From assembly GCF_009834535.1 (NCBI RefSeq), contig NC_045697.1:32800001-32864000 (forward strand): 64,000 bases of DNA. The letters run 5' to 3'. The notes beneath the pieces are model-generated. The model was not told the DNA's origin. It saw only the letters and a list, made by a program, of their open reading frames with translations, and searched no databases. The position numbers and the translations under genes were made by a program. The stretch comes from Camelus ferus. Lineage: Eukaryota. Below are positions 25,727-39,350 of the stretch, in pieces; position 1 is the stretch's first letter, and every line of letters starts with the position of its first letter.

Positions 25727-26849
25727 TTATTTACATTAATGTTTGTCATCATCCTAAAACACAATAAGAAAACAAACCCATTTTAAAGTTATTATATCTT
25801 TGAAATAGTTATAATAACGTTAAAATGTTAAAGTTGTCATAGAATTTTTTTTCTGTGAAACAAGAAGTACATAGTACGGTTTTTATATTTCAATATGCAT
25901 AAGCATTGTGTGACCTTATAACTTTAGTATCAGCATGACTGTATGGATGTGCTGTGCAATTGTGACTTTTAAAATTATTTAGTTTCCTTTTACTCAGTAG
26001 CACAAGGTTATTTGTTTTACTTATGATGCGTGATATAAAATACTTACTAGGAGCAAATGTCAAGTTTGACAGCTCCTGGTGTACACTGTGCATTATATGG
26101 TCATAACAGTAATGTGTTTATAGATGTAAAATGATATAATAACTGTTTGTGAATAACTTAAAAGTGGCTTGTGTTAGTCAACATTCAGATGGATGTCCAC
26201 ATAGGGAAATACTATAATTATTAAACATCAATGAATTTAGATTTTTATTATAATTATGGGGTGAATTTTTATATTTTATTCTTTAAATGCTACCATTACC
26301 AATTAATTCACAGTTTGTGGAGAAAATGATGATCTTTGTCTTTACATGGGTCAAGAGGTATAACTCCATTAGCACAAATAAAAAAAATAAGTGAGATGAA
26401 AACTTTGGTTAAAAAGGAACTGGCGTATATGGCAGCACGTGCATTGTAGACAAAATAATATTACCAGCTGTTGAATAATAAGAAACTTTTTCCACAAAAG
26501 GTACATTTCAGGGAGGCTTTTATTAAAAAATAACGTTTAAATTTACTCTGTGCTTAAAAACCTCAGACATTGCTATTCTCATGCTTTAGCTCTTGCATAA
26601 TATTTTTTAAAGTTGAAGTTTAGCATACACAACTTAAAAGATTCTAAAATGGTCATCATTCAGTTATTTTTTCCTGTGTTTAATTAGCTAATAATTTATA
26701 TTTAGGTACTGTATATTCTATACGTTTATTTTATACCACTTTTGACAGTGTGAAAAAAATTCAAGTTCTCAGTGAAAATAAATGTAACATATATGGCAAC
26801 AAAGAGGTGCACTGCTTGTTTGCTTCTCACATCAGGAAAAACCTGCCAT

Positions 26850-27265
26850 TAAGGCATAAGCAGTGCAATTATCTGACAGTCTCCATCTGTTAGTGCCTTT
26901 AGGACCTTTCCTTTCACTGCTTTCAAGCTGAGGTTATACTGTCTCCAGGAAGCCCCACCCAGTCAGTGACTGAGCTTGGTGAGAGTCGTAGGGCCTGGCC
27001 ATTTCTGCCCCATACATGGGTGATCTGCTCCAGGCCTCCTTGCCAGCTTTTCTGGGACTGTGCCAGAACTGCACCATGGACTGAGCCTTTCTCTGCCCAG
27101 TCCTGCTTTCTCCCTTATGTCTTTTCACAGGCGTCAGGCTCCCACGGCAATCTTAATGGTTTCATTCACTATTCATCCTTTCCCTACTCTGTTTTATCTT
27201 TTATAATTAATAAGCCTTAATCTCAAAATAAATTCTACACTCCTAACTTCTTCTCGATGTCAGTC
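26850..27265 (+). mobile_element. LTR16-like ERVL LTR
   Basis: cagtgactgagc...gggcctggccatttctgccc...ctgcccagtcctgctttctccc...ttcacaggcgt...aataaattctacactcctaact. Confidence 0.8.
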
Positions 27266-27454
27266 ATGAAGCAACGTATGTTTATAAAATGCATCTTATA
27301 AAATTAATTTTTATTCTTTAATACATTTAGCAAGCTATATTCACATGTTCTGAAGAGATCATAAGATTAGAGAAAACGTCCCAATAAATCGATAGGAAAA
27401 TTCTTACCCTTTTTTTAGTTGCTGTTCTCTTGGTACGCAAACATAGAAAGTGAT

Positions 27455-27761
27455 TGTCTTAGTTCAGTCGGACTGCTATAACAAACTAACATAAACTAGT
27501 TGCTTATAAACAATAAAAAATTTATTTCTCACAGCCAAGATCAAGGTGCCAGTAGAATCAGTGTCTGGCAAGTGATTCACAGACAGCTATTTTTTCACTG
27601 TCCTCACCTGGTGGGCCAAAGGGACAAGAAAGCTCTCTCTGGAGTTCCTTTTGTAAAAGTACCAATCTCATTCATGAGGGCTCTGCCCGAGTATCATCCC
27701 ATTAAAGATTAGGTTTCAACATATGAGCTTGGGGAGAGAGACACAAACATTGTTTACAGCA
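27455..27761 (-). mobile_element. MLT1A-type MaLR LTR
   Basis: tgtcttagttc...ctgctataacaa...atttatttctcacag...ccaagatcaaggtgccag...attcatgagggctctgccc...gtttcaacatatga. Confidence 0.88.
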
Positions 27762-29394
27762 GTACTGTTGCATACTAAATAAAAATTCAAATTCTGAGTA
27801 ATGTTCATGTAAAAACAAAACCCATAAAGGTGATTAGCATAGCATGGGAGTTTATTTCCGTTGGCTTTGTTGTATGCAGTTGGCTTCATGTTGCTTTTTA
27901 AAAAGCTGCTTGGCAAGATTTTCTTTAAACAAAAGTGAAGTTTTAGTCACAATTACATTAATAGACTAACAGCATTGTTTTTCGTATATGATACTAATAT
28001 ATTAAATATATCTTTAAAATAAATCTGCTTTTGCATTTAGCATTACATATTGTGAATGCTCTAGCTATCACATGTATTATCTTCCTCATGTAGCCATCAG
28101 TTAAACGTACAAGATTTTGTTAATATTGAATTGAGATATTTTATTTTTTATTTAGATGAGATATATGCAAATTAATTATAATAATGCTTATGTATGAATT
28201 CAGTCAATTTTATAACATGATAGTACATAAAACATTCTTAAATCATTTATCTAATAATGTGTTATACAAGAAGTAAATTGGTATGATCAGTGTCTGAAGA
28301 AATTCAATGACTTAATTTATCCAATATGTAATATGTTTCTCAAAAGATCATTAGAAAAGGAGAAAAATAATCTGAACAATTATCTACACGGCTGTATGAT
28401 TCAGTGTTAGTATAGCACAATATGTGTTTGAAAATTGGTAGTCAAACACATAATTGAAAATATTAAAGTAAAACATTCCATTCAAGTAAATTCTGTCTTC
28501 AGGATCCAAAAAATTTCACCAACATGATTCATATTCCAAGAACAGTATTCTTATATGTAAGCTTACAATCAAAATTTAAGTAGTTACTCTGATGATTATG
28601 CACAATTTGATGGTAGACATCAGGGACTTAAGGTTCATGATTAAGGTATTGTTCAAACACTAGACATTTTATAAAAATTTAAACTATACAACATACTTAT
28701 TTTACTTAACTTTTGGCTTGGTATTTAATATATGTAACCATGATATCTCTTTAGTTTTTAAATAAAAACAATTACTCCATACACAATTAAACATCACACT
28801 TGATAACTCTGTCCTTAGTTATTCAGTTGCATAATTCCTACATAAAATTTTGTATTATGTTTTGGAATTTATGACCCCTTTTTAAACTGCATTGGAGAAT
28901 TGACCTGAATAGGACCCAATGAACAGTTTTATAAATATTCGAAGTATTTTCTGATATGACACTTTTTAACATAGTGAACTAAATGTTGTTGTTTACCTAA
29001 AATATTGTCTTCTCGTGTATAATTATGTTTATCTAATATGGTAGAGTGGATAACTTCTTTATGTGATCTTCATTCTCTTATTCCAAAGAAATTTAACCTG
29101 GAATATAGTTGAATTATGGCTTTCTGCTTCTTATTGGTAGTTTAGTCAAATCAGACAGCATTTACAGAAAGATCAAGGTAGTTCCATTCTAAGAAGGTAA
29201 TATACAGTTAATCATCATCTGGATTTATCATGATCATATTTTAAGCAAAATTTCAGTTGTTGCTTTCTATTTATACAACTTTCTAGGAGAATATTAGCAC
29301 AGTACATGATTTCCAATCTTGTCTCCTTAAGATCACAAGCAATCATGAATGTGTTGATAACCTGATTTCTAATAGTAAGAAAAATAAGAAAAGC

Positions 29395-29610
29395 AACTTG
29401 CATTTACTAAATACTTATTATGTGCCAGGCACTGTGCTAAACTCTCTGCATGTATTATAATCCTCACTAGAACCCTGATAAGTAGTTATTATGGTTTGTT
29501 TGTTTTATGTATGAAGAATAAAGAAACTTACAAATTATGTGATGGATATCATAGTTTTGTAAAAAAAAAAAGAGAGAAATTTAAGCTTTATTTATCTGGT
29601 TCTAAAAATA
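29395..29610 (-). mobile_element. MIR SINE
   Basis: catttactaaatacttattatgtgccaggcactgtgctaa...aatcctcac. Confidence 0.75.
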
Positions 29611-30487
29611 TGTTTATTATAAGAAAAATATGGGATCATAACTCACTTAACAGAATTAATAGTCTATTTCTTTAGAATAACCTAAGTTGTTCAGTGTCTA
29701 GAAAGATATGAGATAAGAGCTTCAGTCTAAAGAGTCATTTTTATCTATATAACACAAAGAATGAAGTATAATGGCTGATGTATGTTTAAAACAATCTTAC
29801 AAGCTGATTACAATTTTTAAGATTGTCATACATCTCAAACAGAGTAGTCCTTCAGATAATTACAAAATAACATATTTTAGCATTAACCTCAAAACTACAC
29901 AGAATGAATTGATTTATTATGGTTTCTCTTTAGAAATGCACAGATTTTGAATTATATAAAATAGCTAAGATGGTTGATGAATATAGTATTTATTTTAAAG
30001 AATTAATTTAAAATATATTTTCCCTTTTATGTTGTTAATAATATTAAACTATTTTTTTGTTAAAGTTCAGAAGTTTAATAATAAGTCACTGCCTGCTGTT
30101 GTATTATAAAGGAAAATTCTTAATTTTGTCATTATAAGTTTTTTCCAAGTAAGAACTTCCTAGAATTGTGAAAGATTGCATGTAATAAATTTCCTTATAC
30201 AGGCTAGAAAATTTCATGTAATAGAATTTGCTTTATATAGCTTACATTTCACAAGTCCATTTTGAAATAAGATGGATGCTTCCCCTACTCAGATAGATTA
30301 GAGACAGACATAATTAGACACTTTTCTGTTATGTACTCTGAGATTTACTTAGAAACATTAAAATTATAACTTCTCATATTTCTTTTCAACCTCTAACCTC
30401 ATCTCTAAACAATATTATTGTTATATGTGTTGGGAGAGTTAATTGTCAGTTAGTTATACAATGCTCCATAAAGCTTCTCAAGAAGAG

Positions 30488-31490
30488 ACCTAGCACACAG
30501 ATTTTGTGTCTTTATCATTCTTCAATAAAAGGACAGAACTCTGTGGCAGAATGGCTGGTTCTAGGGTTGGGCAGGAAATGCGCAAGATTAGCCTGAAGTT
30601 TCTTAGTGTGCCAGAAAGTAAGGAAGTGTTCAGAAGACAAACAAACAAGAGTAAACTCAAAATGATGGGGATGACAAAGAGACACAAAAATTGGCTGGAA
30701 GAACCCCCAAAGGCCAAAGTTGAACATTCTGAGCAAAGAAATCAATAAAGTAGTATTAGGTTATGACACAAAGTACAAAATAATAATACATGAGTTCCTA
30801 GTGATAGAAACAACTGAATAAAGAAATAAAGATGGGAGAAAAGACATATTTCAGGCAGAAGAATTTCAAATAATTTATATATTTTGCTCATAGAGAGCTG
30901 GAGCATGACTCCTCACACATTGTGTAGTCCCCATAGTGGCCTTTTCCAAAGACTGGAGAAATCTAACAAAGACTGCCTTAGCCCAGGGCTCAAGGTTAAC
31001 ATCCATCGTGGTAAGTCCTATTAATAGTGTGCATACTTGATATGCTGTGATGAAAATGATACTTTACCTCTATTGTTTTCCTTCCAAAAACATATAACCA
31101 CTGGCTAATCATTAAAAATAAATCTAAAAAAATCCCAACTGAGGAACATTCTATAAAATACCTGACCAATATACCTCTAAAGTGTCAAGGTCAAAACAAT
31201 AGAAGTCTAAGAAACTGGCACAAAGAATACATGAGGAGCAAATATGTGAGATCCTAGAACAAGAAAAAGTCCACTAGGTGAAAACTAAGGATTTCTTAAT
31301 AAAGTACTGACTTTAAATAAATAATGACTCAGTACTGATTTATTAGTTATAACAAATGTACTATACTAATGTAAGTTGTATCAGGGCAAACGAGGTATGT
31401 GGTATGTGAGAGCTCTCGGTACCATATTTGCTATTTTTCTGTTAATCTGTAACTGTTCTTAAATGGTTTATTTAAAAATAAAATTAAAAG
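30488..31490 (+). mobile_element. L1MC3/L1MD-type long 3' UTR
   Basis: gaatggctggttctagggttgggcaggaaat...gtgccagaaagtaaggaagtg...tcaaggttaacatc...acattctataaaatacctgacca...aacaaatgtactatactaatgtaag. Confidence 0.85.
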
Positions 31491-31589
31491 GGAACTTATT
31501 ATTTCGCAACCAAGAGATAGAGAAAGAGAGAGAGATAAAAGAGAGAGATAGGAACAGGTGGTAATGTTTGCATATTTCTGTATGAAGAT

Positions 31590-31680
31590 CATTAATTTAT
31601 TCAGTGAGCATTTACTGAATTTATGCCATGTATCTGACATTGGCACAAGCAACAGGGATACAGAAATGAATGACTTAATT
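31590..31680 (-). mobile_element. L2 3' end fragment
   Basis: atttattcagtgagcatttactgaat...gggatacagaaatgaat. Confidence 0.6.
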
Positions 31681-31719
31681 TACTTAATTCGGAAACGAGG
31701 AAAATCACGTCTGTTTCTT

Positions 31720-32075
31720 CAGTTTTCATCCACACTGGCATTCTCTGAGTCACTTTAAAATACCTAAGTGTTTACTGCTTTAAGAGCCTTTTTTTTTTCC
31801 TGGAGAATTCTTTGTCTTACTTTGCATGATGGATTATTCTTCCGATTTCAAGTTAAATGTCACTTTAACAATGAGACTGTCTAACTTCATATCTATAGAT
31901 GCCCCCTCCTACTTGCTATCATTTAAATGTGTTTTTTACCTTCATGGCATTTGTCATGTTATACATTTGTATTTATAGCTATTTTGAGACCTGTCAGGCT
32001 CCATATATGTGGTGAACCATGTCCACTTTGTTAATGACACTTTTAGTAGATTTTTAATAAAAATCAGTTGAATTC
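31720..32075 (+). mobile_element. L2 fragment
   Basis: ccacactggcattc...ttaaatgtcact...taataaaaatcagttgaat. Confidence 0.55.
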
Positions 32076-32327
32076 ACACATGAATTAGTGACTCCAATAA
32101 ACAAGAGAGGCCAACTGTTTGCTATGCTGTCTTTTTTTCTAAAACTAAAAGGGGTGACTAAATTGGACAGCATAATTAATGCTCCTAATTATATGTTTTC
32201 TTAGTTTTGAGTCATTATCAGTTATTGGATCATGCATATCTAGATGTGTTCACAGTCCTGTGTTATGGTTTATGAAATGTGTACTCTTGCAAGAATAGAT
32301 CTATACAAAAAAATTATAGAGGAAAAA

Positions 32328-32555
32328 ATAGTAACACTTTTGAGCACTTTCAGTGTGTTTACATTTTATAATAAATTATATTATTAGAATACTCTACAAA
32401 TGTGTGAAGTAAGACCAGTGTTGTTACCTTCACAAATGAGGATACTTAGAGGTATTAAACAAGGTGCCCCCCACAGCAGTTATTAATTGGCAAAGGTAAG
32501 GCTTGGACTCAGGCATGTCTCTCTTGAAACTCTATATGATGTGCAACACATCTCA
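32328..32555 (-). mobile_element. MIR SINE
   Basis: cacaaatgaggatacttagaggtattaaac...ggcttggactcaggcatgtct. Confidence 0.65.
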
Positions 32556-33149
32556 ACTCTCTCTTACTCAGAAATCTGGCTAATTACAACAATATATAAA
32601 CTTTCTGGTCAACATTATGCCTTAAAAAAATTCCCTCTGCTTCAAAAATACAGGCATGATGGATAAAAGAGAGAGAAAGAGAAAGATCCATAAGATGTTC
32701 AGTCATAGGAATGACCTATGTCTTTTTTATTTTCCCTCCTGGTCTCTGATTTACAATTACTTTTGAAGACCAGAAATAGACAGGAAACACAAACCAAGGA
32801 ATGGGAGCTAAAGTTGTGGCCCAGAACAGCTGGAACAGACAAGTTAAGTTGAAGTTCAGGCTCCTGTATTAGAGTCCTTACATGGGCTTCCAGTGAGACT
32901 GAAGATAGGGATAGTGCTACTAAAAAAATAAATAAATAAAATAAAATAAAGAATAAAAAAATCATTATCTCCTAGTTAAAGAAAGTTACACATTTTGCAG
33001 ATTGTGAATTACAAAGAAAAAATTTTTAATCACGTACTCAAAACTAAGAAGTCAGTTTCCATAATTAGATTAGCCCCTACCCCACTCCCCCGAAGAAGAT
33101 ATAAGATGAAACTTTGGAATCATTATATACAATGTGAATAGCACAGATG

Positions 33150-35660
33150 GAGAGAGAAAAAGAGAGTGGGAGATACATCTGCTCAAAAGGAGCTTGAAAA
33201 CTGTAATTAAAGAAATAAACAAATTAAGAACTTAGAAATATACCTGTCAATAAAGTGATTAAGATTTTAATTCAGAAGTAATTAATTTTCTAGAGAAGCT
33301 CTCAAATATTTAATGTAAACATGTTGAGATTTAAAATGATTAATCAATGTATAGCTTTCCTTTAAAAAAAACTAGAATTCTTTTAGAGATTAAAAAATAT
33401 CAGATAGAAATATATAGAAATAACAATTAGAAAAATATGAAATAAAAAAATCATTGAAATAAAATGAAATAGATATAATAATCTTTAGAATTAATACCGT
33501 AAAATAGTGAATCAATAAATGGAAAGAAGATAGTGAAGAATTTTCTGAGTGAGTAACAAGGAAAAAAAAATTAAAAAATAGAACAGCAGTGAGACTTAAA
33601 AGATTAATTGAGGGGATTCAACAATTGTCAGACAAGAGTCCATAAGAAGAAAAAAAAATGAATAACCTAAAAGCAATGTTTGAGAGGATAACTACAGGGA
33701 ATTTTTATTTTTAATTGAAGTATTTTCAAACCAAAAGCACTCTGAATACACAGCTTAATATATATAAATCGATTCATACATAGATACATCCAGTGAATTT
33801 GAAACACATTTCAGCTAGAGAGGGTGTACATGTACTTTCCAAAGAAGAAAGATCTCCTACAATAAAGTTGTGATGACAGCAAATGTCTCAGCACAAACAC
33901 AAGATATCTCAGGATGCTGAGAGAAAGTAATTGTTGATCTAGAGATTTATATGCTTCCACCATTCAAGAGAAAAAGTAAAACAGAAGTATTTTTAAACAT
34001 GCAGACTACAAGAGTTTTCCATTTAAGACTGTCACTGATGAAAGATATACCCAATAAGAAAAAAAAGTGCACTCAGTTGTAAAGTGTGGGATCCAAGACA
34101 AAATGAAGAATACTAACCTTGATAAAATATGGTTGCAAATGTTATTAACTCTTGATTGAAGGAAAACCATGACAGTTTCTTAAAATATAGGGGTAAAATT
34201 AAATTTCCAAAATAATAAATAAGTAGAGGTAGTCTTTAATAAGTAAAGTCCTCTAGGCCATTCATAAATGATGAATAGCTTCACTTGATTATACAATCGT
34301 GTAAACTGATATGATCCTAAAAATTTAAGGATAATCAATAACCAAACAGAAATTTATTGTTTGCAATTCAGTGGAGGAATAAAATCATGAAACAGAAATA
34401 GTTATTAGTCAAAAAAGAAAAAGGCGTGATAATTGACAAAATGGTACTTTTTTAATATAGAAAATATAAAATGAAGTCCTGAGAATTCTTTCAAATATGT
34501 AAATAATTACAATAAATGTAATTGGAACTCATCATCCAAGTGTGAATTTAAATTTAAAGTTATCTAGATACATATTGATATTAAAAGGTAAATCTGAAAT
34601 AAAAAGAGACATTTAACAACATATTGGCAAAAAAGTCAATAATATGAAAATAGTATGAACACAAGCAAAAACAGTGGGCAGGGTAGCATTTTTTAATACA
34701 AGGAAAATTAGAATTTAGTTTCAAAATTATTAGTATATATCAAATGAACAGTACCTTGTAAGTTAAAAATTCTACCAATTTGTAATTATGAGTTAATATA
34801 CCCAAAATACATGTAAATAAAATATTTTGAACAGCAATGACAGAAATACATGAGGAAGTTAAAATTTCCCTAAACCTACTGAGTTATTTTAATACATCCT
34901 CTTTAGGAACCAAAAAAATAAACGATTACATGGAAATTTGGTGAAAAAAATTGCCTTTGTCTAAAGAATATATAATATCATATGACATATTTGCAAAATG
35001 TAATTGCACACTAGATCTTAAAGATGTCTCCACAGTTGTAATATTATCTGCTCATAGTAGGATTAAATTAGAAATAAATAATAAAGAGGTTTCTAAAAAA
35101 ATCAACTTTGGAATCTTCAGAATGGTAAGCTACATTATGCATAGGTTAAGAGAGATACCAAAGAAAAAAATGAAAGAAGAACACATATATAAAAACTCAT
35201 AAGATATAGATAAAAAGATACCCTGAGGGAAATAAGTATTTATAAATTCTTATAAAATATAATTTAAAACCTTTTTTTAGAGAGCTAATTATTCCAATTT
35301 AAAGGTACAAAATGAAGGACTATTTATATCAAAGGAATAACATAATTGGAAGTAAAAAATACAACAAAAGGTCATTGAGAAAATCATAAATAAATGTAAA
35401 AGAATGATGAAATAGTAAAATCTCAAGAAAGATTAATAAGTAGAATAAAATGCAATGTAAGACACTTGAAATATATAAAATATAATTATATTTAAACTAA
35501 TATATTTGAAAATGTAGAGGAAATTAATTTTATCATTGAAAAAGTTTCATAACCCAAATAAAACATATCAGACAAATTTTAACTAATCAGTATATATTAC
35601 AACCATTGACATGATAAAAAATCAACCCTAGCAACTGACACCAAATTCAGTCCTTTTTAA
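33150..35660 (+). mobile_element. Very old L1 (L1ME/L1M5-like): ORF1 remnant and ORF2 endonuclease region
   Basis: Extremely A-rich sense strand; ataattacaataaatgtaattggaact (about 34503) resembles the ORF2 start ITLNVNGL; taaattagaaataaata encodes IKLEIN. Confidence 0.6.
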
Positions 35661-35684
35661 AGGCATTTAAAAAAATTATATAGC

Positions 35685-35869
35685 CTAGTTTATAAACAAC
35701 AAAGTTCTACTGTATAGCACAGGGACCTATATTCAATACCTTGTAATAGCCTATAGTGGAAAATAATATGAGAAATAATATATATATGTATATATAACTG
35801 AATCAATATGCTGTACACCAGACATTAACTCAACATTATAGACCGCCTATACTTCAATTAAAAAAAAAA
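35685..35869 (+). mobile_element. Artiodactyl-type L1 3' end with poly(A)
   Basis: ataaacaacaaagttctactgtatagcacaggg...tatattcaataccttgtaat...actgaatca...tatacttcaattaaaaaaaaaa. Confidence 0.88.
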
Positions 35870-35884
35870 GGTTAAAGAGGGTAG

Positions 35885-36045
35885 GTAAGGAGATGGATAG
35901 ATAGGTGGGCAGAAATAGGCATATAGAGCAAATAGAGTGAAATAAGTCATTTTTTTCAATTGAGATGAAACCTCTATGAGTTGCTATTTTACCATTTTAT
36001 GCTTTATAATATATTTCAACTCCTTATAATAATTTTTAGAAAAAA
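35885..36045 (+). mobile_element. Old L1 (L1MC4/ME-like) 3' end
   Basis: gatagataggtggg...agcaaatagagtgaaat pattern; weak similarity. Confidence 0.4.
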
Positions 36046-38699
36046 ATTAGTATAATTTTCTCATTTAAAACTATATTTATAGAAATAAAGGAAACTTAAT
36101 AATGAACACTAATTATTCAGACCTTCACATGATCTGAATAATTTAAAGTCTTCAATTAACATAGTAGAAGACTTGTTAACATTTTGTTATTTTATTTGGA
36201 TATTCTGAATTGGCTTTTTTAGTTAATTTATCTATATGAATGGTTGGATCTCAGCTGTACTTAATAGGATGCAAAAACAATAACTATATTTCTAGTAGAA
36301 TCTACAAACCTGCTTGAAATTAAGATTTCAATTTGTTAAAGTATTTTGTGATTTAGTGAACAAGTTATGGGGCCGTTATCTTGTCTGATCTCCTTTGACT
36401 CTATAGCAAATTGATAATGCCTGTTATTGCCAACTGTTAATTTTCAGTTTGAAAGCAATGGTTTAAATGTTGGTTCTTTCATTCAGGGACCAAAGAAAAT
36501 AAAGACCACTATTACTGATTCCTGAGAAACAGACTAACTACGGGCTGGAATAAAACTTGTTTGAGTGTTTTATACTTACTCCTTTTTCCAAAATATTGTT
36601 CAGAATTTTAAATATTTTGTTTGTTTGTTTACCACCCATCTTTCCGTCTTTTAAAATAGAAGTTATCTTTTCCAATTTCAGGAAGTAACCAAGGTAAAAA
36701 TATATATATAAATAAAAATGGAAAAAAAGTAAGGTGAAAATATTCCATATTTTTACTCCTGAGAGTTGTGTCCTGGCAACCTTATCTTATTATTTCCTAC
36801 AGAAATTGCCCCCCAAGAAGCCTGCATCTTGGTCTTTACATGGTAATAAGTTCAGATATAATCTGATTAACTTTATTACAAAAATCTTAGTGACCCCTAA
36901 AAAACAGTTTGTTTGGCTTAAAATAAGGTTATTTACTGAGAACATTTCCCACTTATTTTCAGGATCTTACATATGCAAAACCCTATTACATAGTTTGTAT
37001 CGGGTTAGAACAATCAATATTCTAAAGGTTTAGAATGAATTATTCATGAAACTGCCTAAATCTGGTATATAGAAGATGGATGAACTAGATCATCAAATAA
37101 AGTTTCAAATTATATTATTTATTGATATATTTATATTTTTATCAGAATTACTTAGCAACATAATTTTCTAGGAAATAGTTTATTTTAGCTATGAAATAAT
37201 TAGTTTCGGTGATTCTTCTGTAGCAGATGCTTTCTGGTATACACGAGACATAAATATCTGCATACTTTCAGGTGAATCCCACAAATTTTCTGTTCACATT
37301 TTATCAAGTTGCACTGTCTCTATATGTTTAGTTTTGCTTCTTCCAGTCATTAACTACTAGTGAAACCGTCTGACAGTATCCAACATTTTATATATTCTTT
37401 ACCCTAGATCCCTCCTTTCTTCACACAAAGGAGAAAACCAGTTGTACTGCTCTAACCCAGGGAGTGTTTGCTCATCACCGTCCTAAAGGATCACACCAAG
37501 GGGGGCTGTAATATGATCTAATGTCTTGCACAGAATGTTGAGCAGACCCATCTCTGAACCAGACCACTCTTTTTTCTTTTTTTTCTTTCTTTCTTTCATC
37601 TTCTTGTCACATTAGGTGTGAGGCCGTAGACCTGAGCTGTGAGAGAGGCAATGTTGCATCAAAGATAAGTGAGAAGGGACTCTGAGTCACCTTTTGTGAG
37701 ACATTTAGTGTGCCCTCTCGATCTGCCAGGCCTCATGTATCATTTTCATGGAACAATAGATTGCTACTGCAGTCCCCCTGACCTTAAGGCTTGATTGTTC
37801 TGACAATACCAAGACTCTGATGGACAATTGTAATTACACAGACACTTATCTCCCATGGTCAGGCATTTAGTCTCTCCTAGGTGTGAATGTCATGCCAGGA
37901 GCTGCTTTTCAAATGATGTGCAATTTTTAGCCACAGAAAACATGGCATCCCTCCAGAACCCAGAACACTCCTTTGGGGCTTCCCAGGAACACAATATAAT
38001 ATCTTTAATTCAATGGATATCACCACTGGATTTAATAGTTCACATAGTCCACGTGACAAGGCAGCTTAACCAAAGCCTGTGGAAGAGTCTGCCCTTACTC
38101 TGTTTCTTTTTCAAACCTGGCAACTTTCTGAGTCCTTGGGCAATGGGTCAGAGAAATATTCACAAATGTTATTATTTCCTAAGTACAGGAAATGTCCGAT
38201 GAGTGCTGTAGTACATTTGTACTATTGTTCTTTACTTTTTTTCAAGATGTCTTGTCGTACCCTAAATTTTAACCCTAAACTGGACACTGATGGGTAATGC
38301 CTTTAAAATGTGTAAGATTTCTCTCTCACCATCTCATATGCATGTGTTTAACTAGGGCATTGAGTACTTGCTACTTTCTGCTTAAGAAGGTCCAAATAGC
38401 ATTGTGTCTTCAGTGAAGTAGACAGCCTGAATGTGCTATGAAATATTAGAAAGAGCAGGGATTCTTGGGACTACTGTAATAGCCTGAATGTTAACATAAC
38501 TCTGCGGCAAATATTGAATGTGAGTTGCTGTTCTTCCCAGGTGAATGTGAACTGCTCTTGATCTTCTTTTCTGATCAGGATTTAAAAGAACTGTGCATAT
38601 CAAATACCAGAAACTGCTAGATCTACTCTAGCAAAACACTGACTGTGGCATGACAGCCAGTATTGAGGCTACTGCTTGGTTCATTTAACATTAGTTCAC

Positions 38700-39350
38700 T
38701 GTCATCTACCATATTTCTTTTGTATGTTTGGATAGTATCCTGGACATACAATGTCAAATTTTGGAGATTCTGAATTCTGGTATGTTTATAACAATAAATG
38801 TTATTTGATTTGTTTTAGCAGATAATTTTCATGGCTAGATTTGAATTGGAGACTCTGCTTTGGGGCAGCAACTCTGCCTCAGTTTTTCCCTCTTAGCTAA
38901 GTTGCTTTGAATCTATTCTACATATTCATAGTTTGGGAATCTGTTAGAATATGGGGAAATAGGGAAAGATTCCTTTTCCAGCTCTTATTCTTCCAGGATA
39001 TACCCCTAGTCTCTCTAACGTTTATGGTGTACTGGCTATAAGTTTTCTGATTCTCCAAATCAGGACATCTGTAAATTTTCACCTTTACACTCAGGTCATG
39101 GTACGTGCCATTCAAACTTCACCTAACCATAGGCTAAAAGCCTTGGATTCAAGGATTTATTTGTATAGCTACCTGTCTCACCTCCTCCAAGCAAGTGTGT
39201 ACTCTTCACCAGAGTCTATCTGCCTTTGCTCATTATCTAGCATGTTAAGTGGGGCAGCTTTTATCTCAGTTCAAAATCTTTGGTCATTAGTTGCAGATTT
39301 TTGAGTCCTTTCTGCATATGCAGAGTTCTGGAGTCCATAAGAAAGTTAGT
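38700..39350 (-). mobile_element. Old L1 5' region fragment
   Basis: atcctggacat...ttggagattctgaattctg...ttgttttagcagataatt resembles antisense L1ME/MC 5' sequence. Confidence 0.5.

Noticed and set aside
30490..30748. Three overlapping ORFs
   Set aside because: They lie within an L1MC/MD 3' UTR; no recognisable product.
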